Assembly (NCBI GenBank): GCA_964016885.1
Contig: OZ024750.1
Location: forward strand, 31,310,001 to 31,374,000
Reading direction: 5' to 3'
From: Eledone cirrhosa
Lineage: Eukaryota
Length of the DNA: 64,000 nt
The notes beneath the pieces are model-generated. The model saw only the letters and a program-made list of their open reading frames with translations. It was not told the DNA's origin and searched no databases. Shown in pieces: positions 53,114 through 64,000 of the stretch. Numbering within the stretch: the first letter of the stretch is position 1; each line of letters opens with the position of its first letter. The position numbers and the translations under genes are program-made.

Positions 53114-54310
53114 TTTGGTACAGATTTCCAGTTTTGTCAGATTGGACGTGGATTTTGTTATATTTTTTTAGATCCAATAGGGTAGAATCAAGATCCTTTT
53201 GAAAATTAGATTTATATCTCTTAAATTTGAAGCGTTTGTTTAAGTTAAAAAGGTATTTCTCGAAGTTTTCAAGCAAGGAGTTTTGTGGTGGGTTCTTATA
53301 TGTAGTGAAATCATATAAATATTTCTTACCTTTTTAACTTAATCAAACACCTCAAACTTTTAGAATTATAAATCTAATTTTCAAAAGGATCTTGATTCTA
53401 CCCTATTGGATCTAAAAAGATCTAACAAAATCCACGTCCACTCTGACAAAACTGGAAATCTGTACCACATGGATATTGATAATTACAATGAGTTCACTTA
53501 TAAAGAACTCAGGAAAAATGATAAAAAAACAAATAATGCGGCACTTACCAATATCAACAACAAAACACACAACATAGTAAATAAACTCAATATTGAAGAT
53601 AGAACTGAACCTTTGGCACTGAAAAAACCACACTTTAACCTAAAAGATCACAAATCTAATTTTAACTCTAACCCTTCTATAAGACTTATATGCTCTTCTA
53701 AATCTGACATTGGCATCATTAGTATATAAATGTAAGAAAACCATGAATATACCACCAACACATCAAACTAATCATAATACTAAAATAAACCGCAACAAAC
53801 CACCATCTCCTTCCCATATAACAAGTCGAGTAAATTCCACACCAAATTTGACTAACTCTCCTGATATAATATTCACGAACGGTTGTAACTGTAGAAATAA
53901 AGCAAATTGCCCATTAAAAGGAAATTGTCTTATTAATAACATAGTATATAAATGTAAAATTAGCACTAAGGACTCAACTTATTCATATATAGGAGCTACT
54001 TCTAACCAATTTAAAGTAAGATTTAATACCGACAAACATAGTTTTAAAAATGCCGCATTAGCTAATACAACATTCTTGGCTGAAATAATTAATAATTATA
54101 GAAAAAAGGATATCGATTATAACCTGACATGGAGTGTGCTCAAAAGGGCAACCCCTTATCAAAATAACAGATATGAGTGTAGATTATGTTCCCAGGAACT
54201 TTTGAAATAATGAAATCTAAGGATATCCTATTAAATAAGCGACAAGAATTAATTATATCGTGCAATCGTAGAATTAGAAGAACTTTCAAATATTATAAAT
54301 GTAATTAATA
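53112..54310 (+). mobile_element. Second Penelope-like element: internally deleted, with an inverted 5' segment
   Basis: RT N-terminal SDKTGNLY...LKDHKSNFNSNPSIRLI (53406-53729) joined to CNCRNKANCPLKGNC-IVY-YIG-CRLC (53710-54210); 53115-53250 is an inverted copy of ~53330-53467. Confidence 0.88.
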
Positions 54311-54459
54311 TACACCTTACACTTATATTTTACAAATTATTATATTTAGTTTTTTTTAATTTTTAATTTTAATTTAGTTAACATATAATTAGTATTTTAT
54401 TACTGAGAACTTCATAATTTTATTTCCCTTTTACAGCTCTCTTTTCCTAAAATTAATAC

Positions 54460-54805
54460 CTATAAGTATACATATAAACTATTTTAATTTCCTGGTATGA
54501 ATCTAAATTACTTGTAGTCTATATAAGTTTGTTATTTCTCACTAATACATTTATCCCCCAAATTTTTTTCCTTCGTTTTTAACAACATTCTTTAATAACA
54601 CCTAACTCTTATTTATCACATCTATATGATATAAATTTATCCCTATAAGTATACCAATTAAGTATATCAATTAAATTAATTTAATTTCTTGTTATAGATC
54701 TAAATTCCTTGTGTTTTAAATAAGATTGGTATTTCTCACTAACACATTTACCCTAAAATTTTATTCTCCTTCGATTTTAACATTAGCATTATTCTTTAAT
54801 AACAT
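54460..54805. repeat. Diverged ~180-bp direct repeat downstream of the PLE ORF
   Basis: cctataagtata...atctaaatt.cttgt...atttctcactaa.acattta...ccttcg...attctttaataaca at ~54460 and ~54643. Confidence 0.65.
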
Positions 54806-55047
54806 CAAATTTTCGTGTACCTTTCACCGGCCTGACCTGTTTTCATCCCCAAAGTAATCTTTTCATTCAAAGTATTCTTTCCATTCAAAACTGAAGTCTG
54901 CATTCCTCTACCCCTAAATTAAATTTCTACTACTACTATTCTATCAACTTGACCACTTACTACTTTTTTATTGGTCAATTCAAAACCTGTTCCCAAACAG
55001 ACCTATTATATTAAATCTTTGTTGTTTTTTTTCAATAAACAAATATC

Positions 55048-55156
55048 ATCCCGCCGAGGTTAACTTTGCCTTTCATCCTTACGGGGTCGATAACATAAAG
55101 TACCAGTAATACACTGGGATAATTGCTGGCCTTGTGCCAAAAGTAGAAACAATTAT
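55048..55156 (+). mobile_element. Family A SINE, 5'-truncated
   Basis: Core and tail. Confidence 0.88.
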
Positions 55157-55319
55157 TTCTGAAGACAGCATATATATGTGTAGGTATGTAAAATTTTTAC
55201 ATAGATCTATATGATATACATACCAACACACACATATATATCCTAGAAACGATCGTAAAATGATGAATTTTTTAATATAAGGTACTGTTTCTTTGTTTTT
55301 ATTCATTGTTTTTATTAAT

Positions 55320-55354
<35 letters not shown>

Positions 55355-56165
55355 TACATATATATGTTGTTCATTCTTTTTGTCCTCGGCCCGCAGCTGA
55401 AACACTGCTCTGACCTAAATGTAAAGTCTATCACACTGTCTCATTTTCTTTCTTCTTTTGCCTAATCATCCTTGCTCTTTTTCTCCTTTCCTTCGCATTT
55501 ATAGCATCTATATTACTTTCCAATGCTGTTGTCTTTTTCTGTACGCTTGTCCAATTTATAATCATATTAAAAATGAAAAAAATGTCACTGTCTGTGATTT
55601 TATTCAATTGCAATATTATTTGTATTAGATTAAGTATAATTTAATCTTTAAATATTTCAGAAATATGTGTACTGAATATTTCATGCGATGTGCATTGTAA
55701 GCAAAATATTTGACCATTAAAATTCATGAATCATATAAAGAAAAATATAACACTTAAATGGGAAATAAAATAAAATAAAGAAATCATAAAACAAAAGATT
55801 TTTTTCGAAGTTTAAACAAAATCTACTTAACCAGTGCAACACTGATCTCTACAGTGAAGTGTTTCATTTCTTTAACACACATCAATAAGTTTAAATATAT
55901 TACACACAGACATACACGCACGTATATTCATTTTATTAAATAGTGAGTCTTGTTATCGCATTAGACAAGACCCTGCAATAAATAGGCAAAACTCCAGAGT
56001 AACAATGCTCACTATTTAGCCTTTTAAAAATCAATATTAAACCTCCTACTTCGGTTTTCAGTATTCCTTTCTCCCAGCCGTCAACCACAGATATATTCAT
56101 ATATATATATAATAATTAAGTCAAATATGTACAGTTTGGCTTCGTTTAATATAAATTATAGATAT

Positions 56166-56222
56166 ACTGCTATGTATATATTTCGGTGACAGCCATCATT
56201 TGCTGTGACCTCTTCAGGCAAT
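56166..56222 (-). ncRNA. Type I hammerhead ribozyme
   Basis: attgc-CTGAAGA-GGTcACAGCaa(atga)tgGCTGTcACC-GAAA-tatataca-TA-gcagt. Confidence 0.75.
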
Positions 56223-56307
56223 CCGAATTGGTGTGGGAGAGAAAGGTACACATGTTGTTGAAGTGTGTTTTACTCCGTCAATACCTGTCTTTCCCACACC
56301 AGTTCGG

Positions 56308-56362
56308 ACTGCCTGAAGAGGTCACAGCCAATGATGGCTGTCAGCGAAATATACATAGCAGT
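56308..56362 (+). ncRNA. Type I hammerhead ribozyme (predicted AUA site at 56355-56357)
   Basis: actgc-CTGAAGA-GgTcACAGCCA(atga)TGGCTGTcAgC-GAAA-tataca-TA-gcagt; 5-bp stem I; aataaa ~15 nt downstream. Confidence 0.75.
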
Positions 56363-56543
56363 ATATCTATAATTTATAATAAATGAAGCCAAATTTACAT
56401 ATTTGACTTAATTATTTTACATTACTCCGGAGTAAACAAACCAACCTGCGTACTTCGTCGAGTGCTCCAATTTGCATACTGAAGTGTCGGTAAACAACCA
56501 AAATATACTCAAAATATTTATTTATATATATATATAGAGAGAG

Positions 56544-56681
56544 AGAAGTGGTTACACAACAGTTAGTTCACCATACCGAGAACAATTGTTTCACCTTAGC
56601 GGATTCTCAGCTCGTAATGGACATGGTTATACGAAACAATTGTTCTCGGTATGGTGAACTAACTGTTGTGTAACCACTTCT
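56544..56681. mobile_element. Fold-back cassette with ~49-bp perfect arms and a variant HHR on the minus strand
   Basis: Minus 56577-56614: cgag-CTGAGAA-tcc(gctaa)ggt-GAAA-CAATTG-TT-ctcg; flanked by (TA)/(GA) tracts. Confidence 0.8.
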
Positions 56682-56683
56682 AC

Positions 56684-56790
<107 letters not shown>

Positions 56791-56899
56791 AAAGGTAAAT
56801 AGAGATAACAACACAATCGGTACAGTACATGGAAGGGATAAATTAGGTTAACGCTTGATATAGCAGGAAGAGGGTCTTAACATTTCGGAAAAGAGTCAG

Positions 56900-56935
56900 G
56901 ACCCCGACGGCTGAGCTCCAGCCGTTTCGACAGCT
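56900..56935 (-). ncRNA. HHR 3' half (GAGCTC-loop family)
   Basis: Minus strand CGAAA-CGGCTG(gagct)CAGCCG-TC-ggggtc: perfect stem III and GUC site, no CUGANGA half. Confidence 0.55.
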
Positions 56936-56950
56936 CAAACCAAACTAAGC

Positions 56951-57064
<114 letters not shown>

Positions 57065-57187
57065 CTGTTATACTTTAGGAGCGTCATGTTGCCAATAAAA
57101 ACATACACACCTGTTGGTTTTCACTTCAATTTATTATGAATTTCCGCTGGGTTAGTTGGTTCGATAACCAGATGTTTTTTTTTAATA

Positions 57188-57335
57188 TATTGTCAGACTA
57201 TATCGTCACACATTCTGTGACCTCCTCAGTCACTAGGTAACAAGATGGTGTAGGACAGAACAAAGGAGTGGCATGAAATAAAAACCTTGTCACTGAGGAA
57301 GTCACAGAATGTTCGACGAAAGAGTTTGGACAATA
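57188..57335. mobile_element. Older fold-back cassette; the consensus of its two arms rebuilds an HHR
   Basis: Consensus ttgtca-CTGAGGA-R-GTCACA(gaatg)TGTGAC-GAAA-ta-GTC-tgacaa. Confidence 0.65.
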
Positions 57336-57549
57336 CATAAAGTAGCTCTCTTTCTCTTTTTCTACCATTACTTACTCTTCTCTCCCTCCTCTTACTTCCA
57401 TGAGCACTGCTACAATGGCAAAGCGTTGTCTCTCATACACACACGCACGTATCTTTCCCGATACAACATAGAAATACATTCTCTCTCTCTCCGGCTATCT
57501 CCTCTTTGTGTGGGCTCTCTTTCAATTTCTTCTACTCCGATACAAACTT

Positions 57550-57609
<60 letters not shown>

Positions 57610-58221
57610 TCTCTCGTTCTAATTCCGTGTTTCTCTCTCTCACACACACACATATTCTCTCTCACCCTCTGCAACTCTTCCTCTCTTTTAGTTTCTATGT
57701 CTGTTCCTTTCTAACTCACTCACACACTCACTTATACGCTCTTTCCTACTATTTACATTTCTCTCTCTATCGAAATGCTTCAAGAAGACGGCGATGTTAT
57801 AATGAAAAAGGAGAGGGTGGAGGAGAAGTAAACAGCCACTTTCTCTCTTTGCTTTTCTCTCTCTTTCTCCCCCTCTCATTCAGTCATTGGCGTTGTACAA
57901 CATACATAAATACAGATATCCGCAAATCTTTCTACACACATTAAATGTGTGTGTGTGTGTGTGTGTGCGTGTGTGTGTGTCTGTGTGTGTCTGTGTGTGT
58001 CTGTGTGTGTGTGTCTGTGTGTGTCTGTGTGTGTCTGAGTGTGTGTGTGTGTGTCTGTGTGTGCGTGCGTATACATGTTTGTCTATGTATGTAAACAAAC
58101 TTTTCTCTGGGAGAATGATTATATACATATTCTTATATATACAAACATATTGCATATATTATTTACATTCGAATCGTTATATACACATGTATTTACATTT
58201 GAATTAATATCGTTATATCTA

Positions 58222-58510
58222 CTAGCAGAAAAACCACTCTTCGGATGGTTTTCTGCTAGCATGTGTAGTGTGCATATTGATATTATACGCAAGTATATAT
58301 GCATGTAGATATGATACATCAAATAATATTGTAATTAACAATATACACGGAATTTGAACGAAGACTGCGTTACACTGTCGTATGTAATCAGTAACACAGG
58401 AATTTGTGCAAAAGTTGGAACGCCGTTTGATTAGATTTTCGTCGTATAATTTTCACTATCCTCCATCCGTGAACTGACACACGGATGGACGACATTCGAT
58501 TTATATACTA
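58222..58510 (-). mobile_element. Helitron-like non-autonomous element
   Basis: CTAG end with hairpin ctagcagaaaaacca...tggttttctgctag; internal part repeated at 31675-31840. Confidence 0.55.
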
Positions 58511-59108
58511 TATATATATATATATATATATTAAAATACAAATATTAATAAAATAGATGTTCTTGTGATCAACTAAATTTTATTATACATATTTCAGAGG
58601 TACAACAGTACGTCCTCATCGGATAAAATAAAATGATACATGGCATACTCTGAGATGTTAAATGGTTAAGATTTAATCAAGGTAGTGATTAACTTATGAG
58701 AAAACTCAACATTTATACCTTAATAATGAGAACATGCGAAAACGTAATAGAATCAATAGAGAAGGTATGAGTAAGAAAAACATTGCTTTAATGTAACAGT
58801 TATAGAGTTTTTAAAATCTGGGATACTACAAATTAGGATTATAGAGGAAGACGTCTCTGGAGTTATAATTTTATTACAGTTTTTGGCTTGAGAAAGTAGC
58901 CGATAGATCATTAAAGAGAGGGAGAGATAAAGGGGAGTAATTTATGCAAACATTTTTTTCAGATATAGACTTAGCGGTTAAATTTCAAAATATTTAATAT
59001 TTAATTTATGTTATTTTGACAAAATTACCTATAACAGTGTCAACATTTTCGGTATCTACTGTAAAACTCATTCTTTGATGTACTCATTCAATCTTGTTTA
59101 ACTCTTTA

Positions 59109-59144
<36 letters not shown>

Positions 59145-59474
59145 CTGTGTGTGCGTGTCTGTGTGTGTGTGCGTATACATGTTTGTTTTCATGAAATAGT
59201 CTTAAAAGACTATACAGAGCATTTGATGTTATTCCAAATTGAAGGATAAGTGTTTCAAACTTTATTTTATCATGAGTTAAAGGTTTATAGATTTTTCCCT
59301 GGATTTTACTAAATTCTGTGGGTGAATTTATATCCTGATTCTCTTTTGAGATGAGTTTGAGTTATTTTTCCTAAATCTTTCGTTAACTACTTTTCCCATC
59401 TTGACGTTATAGTCGCATATATGTTATAGAATGCCGTTAGCTTCTTGCTAAAACAATCTCTATACCTCTCATTT

Positions 59475-60540
59475 ATATATATTAGAAAAGGGAAGTAAGG
59501 ATTCTATACAGAACAGTCAATATAGAGAAAAGGTGAAGTTAGAAATAGCACGGGAAATATATTTAAGGGTCTGTTTTTCTTTTTGATTCATCAAAGTGAC
59601 ATTATTGAAAAGATAACAATTAGGGCGGAGGATTGGCAGTATCGGTCGGACACCATGCTTTGAAGCATAGAGTTACGTCCCTTTATGATCTGAGTTCAAA
59701 TCCCGCCGAGGTTAACTTTTCTTTTCATCCTTACAGGGTCGATAAAATAAAGTACCAGTAATGCACTGGGTAATTGCTGGCCTTGTGCCAAAAAGTAGAA
59801 ACAATTATTAAAAAAATGAGAGGGACAATCCTTTAAAAAAAATTTGTTTATAATGTATATAAAGTATATGAAGAATATGAAGTATATAAAGTATATAAAG
59901 TATATATATGAAGTATATATATGAAGTATATATATATAAAGTATATATATGAAGTATATAATGTATATAAAGTATATGAAGAATTACCGGTTTCGATGTG
60001 TTATCAAAATCCATCTTGTCAAATGTTGAGTGTAAACAAATTAAAAAGAATTAATAGGAGTTAAAAACGAAGAGTTTAAAATTAAAATCAAGATCAAATG
60101 TTCGGATAAATTTTCTTCCATCCTTCTTGCTGAAAAATTGGGTGAAAAGAGAAGGTTACTTGTTTTTCCTCACATACTTAATATACATTATAAACATTTT
60201 TTAAAAAAGAATTGTCCCTCTTATTTTTTTAATAATTGTTTCTACTTTTGGCACAAGGCCAGCAATTATTCCAGTGTATTACTGGTACTTTATTTTATCG
60301 ACCCCGTAGGGGTGAAAGGCAAAGTTAACCTCGGCGGGATTTGAACTCAGACCATAAAGGGCCGTTACTCTTTGCAGCAAAGCATGGCGTCTGACCCTCT
60401 ACCGATACTGCCAATAATGTTATATTTTCAATAATGTTATATTTTCAATAATGTCACTTTGACGAATCAAAAAAGAAAAACAGGCCCTTAAATATGTCTC
60501 CCGTGCTATTTCCAACTTCACCCCCCCCTCTCTCTCTCTC

Positions 60541-60590
<50 letters not shown>

Positions 60591-61640
60591 GGGAAGTAAG
60601 GATTCTATACAGAACAGTCAATATAGAGAAAAGGTGAAGTTAGAAATAGCACGGGAAATATATTTAAGGGTCTGTTTTTCTTTTTGATTCATCAAAGTGA
60701 CATTATTGAAAAGATAACAATTAGGGCGGAGGATTGGCAGTATCGGTCGGACACCATGCTTTGAAGCATAGAGTTACGTCCCTTTATGATCTGAGTTCAA
60801 ATCCCGCCGAGGTTAACTTTTCTTTTCATCCTTACAGGGTCGATAAAATAAAGTACCAGTAATGCACTGGGTAATTGCTGGCCTTGTGCCAAAAAGTAGA
60901 AACAATTATTAAAAAAATGAGAGGGACAATCCTTTAAAAAAAATTTGTTTATAATGTATATAAAGTATATGAAGAATATGAAGTATATAAAGTATATAAA
61001 GTATATATATGAAGTATATATATGAAGTATATATATATAAAGTATATATATGAAGTATATAATGTATATAAAGTATATGAAGAATTACCGGTTTCGATGT
61101 GTTATCAAAATCCATCTTGTCAAATGTTGAGTGTAAACAAATTAAAAAGAATTAATAGGAGTTAAAAACGAAGAGTTTAAAATTAAAATCAAGATCAAAT
61201 GTTCGGATAAATTTTCTTCCATCCTTCTTGCTGAAAAATTGGGTGAAAAGAGAAGGTTACTTGTTTTTCCTCACATACTTAATATACATTATAAACATTT
61301 TTTAAAAAAGAATTGTCCCTCTTATTTTTTTAATAATTGTTTCTACTTTTGGCACAAGGCCAGCAATTATTCCAGTGTATTACTGGTACTTTATTTTATC
61401 GACCCCGTAGGGGTGAAAGGCAAAGTTAACCTCGGCGGGATTTGAACTCAGACCATAAAGGGCCGTTACTCTTTGCAGCAAAGCATGGCGTCTGACCCTC
61501 TACCGATACTGCCAATAATGTTATATTTTCAATAATGTTATATTTTCAATAATGTCACTTTGACGAATCAAAAAAGAAAAACAGGCCCTTAAATATGTCT
61601 CCCGTGCTATTTCCAACTTCACCCCCCCTCTCTCTCTCTC

Positions 61641-61685
<45 letters not shown>
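59475..61685. repeat. Near-identical tandem duplication, 1101-bp period, each unit a fold-back with two family A SINEs
   Basis: Identical ORFs at 59808/60909 and 60138/61239; SINEs 59623-59809(+), 60232-60414(-), 60724-60910(+), 61333-61515(-); unit borders in (TA)n. Confidence 0.95.
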
Positions 61686-61691
<6 letters not shown>

Positions 61692-62066
61692 ATACACAGT
61701 TCAAGAGTAACCAATCTTAAAGAGAGAGATGGAGATAGGAGAGGAGATAGGAGAGGAGAAGAGAGATTGGTGAATTAGTTAGAAGTCAAAGCGTAAAGGC
61801 ATGTACTCAATGTGCAATATGCAGAGGTTAGGTGCACAGAGCTGGAAATATTCATTAGTTAAGCAAAAATATATATACATATATATATATGTATCTATAC
61901 AGTGTGAGTGTGTGTGTGTGTGTGTGTTTGTGAAAATAATTTAAAATTCATTAATATTTCAATAAATAATCGATAGTTAACATACAACATGAACACATAA
62001 AAAGAAGACTGCTAAAAGAAATGATGTTTACATCTTTGCCATGGACATACCAGTTACTGTCCTGTT

Positions 62067-62247
62067 ATTGGCAGTATCGGTAGAGGGTCGGACGCCATGC
62101 TTTCCAGCTTAGTTACGTCCCTTTACGGTCTGAGTTCAAATCCCGCCGAGGTTAACTTTGCCTTTCATCCTTACGGGGTCGATAAAATAAAATACCAGTA
62201 ATGTACTGGTTAATTGACGGCCTTGTGCCAAAAGTGGAAACAATTAT
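62067..62247 (+). mobile_element. Family A SINE
   Basis: Near full-length copy. Confidence 0.9.
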
Positions 62248-63319
62248 GTATGATTCACAAAATAAATGTTCCCTACATACTGGTAATATCAGCTGAGACA
62301 AATCACATGGTAGTTGTCGAACTGGAAGCATTGTAACATTCGGTTTGAATGTGTTGACTGAGAAATGCAAGGTTTTTGTCGGGCTGTCGAACTGGAAGCT
62401 TTTTAGATTCCGGTTTGAATGTTTGAAACGCCTAATTTCATAAAAGCTGATTTCTTTTCTATTAAGACTTCGCATATCTGTTAAAATAGCTATGAAATTA
62501 TAGTATATGTATCAGTGAAAATTAAATACCAATAAAAGATAAATAATTGCAAATACAACACATTAGACTGTAAATCATTAAATGTAAATACTCCCTTTTA
62601 ATTGACTCATTATGTAGTGGAAAATTAAGAATAAAATCAAATTCACACAATTATATATAAAATTGAAAATAAATATTTTACTAAATATGGATAATATTAT
62701 TTTATCATACAAGTAAATATCTTACGAAATATCTAATTGAAAATTTCTCGCTCTTTATAAGTTCTAGGTAGAGATTTGTAAAGGTGTGCTGATATGTTTT
62801 ACAACTGTTTGACGATCCAATATCTTAGAAGGGAGATATTTTATTCTAGCTCATGTAGTTATAGTAAATGTTAGTGTCGATGTTTAGTAGTCAAATTTAA
62901 GCACCTTTTGTTTGTAACGTTATATATAATTGTGATCTTAGTTTGTAAATCCTTGTGAATGTTTTATATCACTCCAACGAAAGGAAAGTATTTTTTCCTT
63001 CTTCTGTAGACGTGGGCCAGACACGGTGATAAGCATGATATATATATCCCGTTAAGCTTTATGTCACGCTATTTGATCTTTCAGTATTTCTAAGCTAATA
63101 TTACAGGGTATTTTCTCGTGAAGTCTGTGGCCATCGGAGTTTACACCGTCATCCACCATTAAAGCGGAAACAGCACGGTAATATACTCAGAATTTTAAGG
63201 CATATCTATTTATTTGATGACTCCTAAAATATACTTGACAGGTACGACATTTCATCAACTATGGAGAGATTAACTTAGGCAGAATTTGAATTTAAAATGT
63301 TAAAGATTGGAACTAAATA

Positions 63320-63525
63320 ATAGTTTCTGATTTAGGCGTAAGGCCAACAATTTTAGGAGCAGGGAAATTCGATTAAATCGACCTCAGTGGATTACTGGTA
63401 GATTATTTTATTGACCCCGTAAGGATGAAAGACAAAACTAACCTCGGCAGGATTTGAACAGTACGTAAATGTACGTAAGTATATGCTACAAAGTATGTTG
63501 TCATATGCTCTAACGATACTGTCAG
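63320..63525 (-). mobile_element. Family A SINE, longer diverged variant
   Basis: Head/core/tail motifs plus an extra gtcgatttaatcga segment. Confidence 0.75.
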
Positions 63526-64000
63526 TGCATCTTAAATTAAAATAATCAAACAACAATGAAGTTGTTAAAGTTCTTAAACTATATTTTATATTCCACGCCC
63601 TTTAAGCAGATATTTTTACAGATGGTAATGTAATTAACATTGCAATTGAAAATAATATTTTGTTACCCAAAATTAACTTGCAGGTTTGGCCGTATATCCA
63701 CGCCTAACAATTCTCTGTCGTCGCTATGTCATTTGTTCAAAGCAAATAATCATGTATTCCTAACACAGTGTCTTGATGACTTATAGAAACCAAAAATAAC
63801 AGATATACACGAAATAATCTATTAGAAAACATCAAACAAACAGTCATAAATATTAATTCGTTACGCCCTTCAACAAAATATATTTATCTATTACGAATCT
63901 ATATTATTCATTGCATACAAATTAACTCATTTAACTGTCGAATCCTCAATTAATTCATAAGATATTCACAGAACAAAATGCTATTGATTATAAACATGAA

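Larger units (their letters stand above)
56111..56416. mobile_element. Fold-back cassette with two hammerhead ribozymes
   Basis: Arms of ~130 bp starting aataattaagtcaaatatgt and ending acatatttgacttaattatt; left end in (TA)n. Confidence 0.9.

Noticed and set aside
58570-63720. Candidate host exons after AG acceptors (e.g. ~58598, ~63683)
   Set aside because: No recognisable coding sequence or consistent exon chain; the region could still be intronic

Overview
AT-rich, repeat-saturated animal DNA with no host gene that I can support. The SINE families, (TA)n/(CA)n/(GA)n density and TE mix suggest an octopus-type cephalopod, which is an inference. The window holds a 64-bp satellite, a 36-bp+(GT)n minisatellite, more than 20 tRNA-derived SINE copies and decayed LINEs (RTE, CR1/L2-group, Tx1/L1-like, CRE-like). 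It also holds two mariner derivatives, a TcMar MITE, Helitron-type non-autonomous elements, two Penelope-like (GIY-YIG) retroelements and a 1101-bp tandem duplication. The most striking signal is invisible in the ORF track: about 20 complete, degenerate or half hammerhead-ribozyme (HHR) motifs from several unrelated sequence families. They sit in short fold-back or tandem cassettes inserted in (TA)n microsatellites, often followed by AATAAA. Several look intact on opposite strands of one palindrome (43658-43943, 56111-56416). One 475-bp tandem unit carries a near-canonical type I HHR (50973-51052), i.e. a retrozyme-like or Penelope pseudo-LTR system. Nearly all listed ORFs outside the TEs are microsatellite artefacts.
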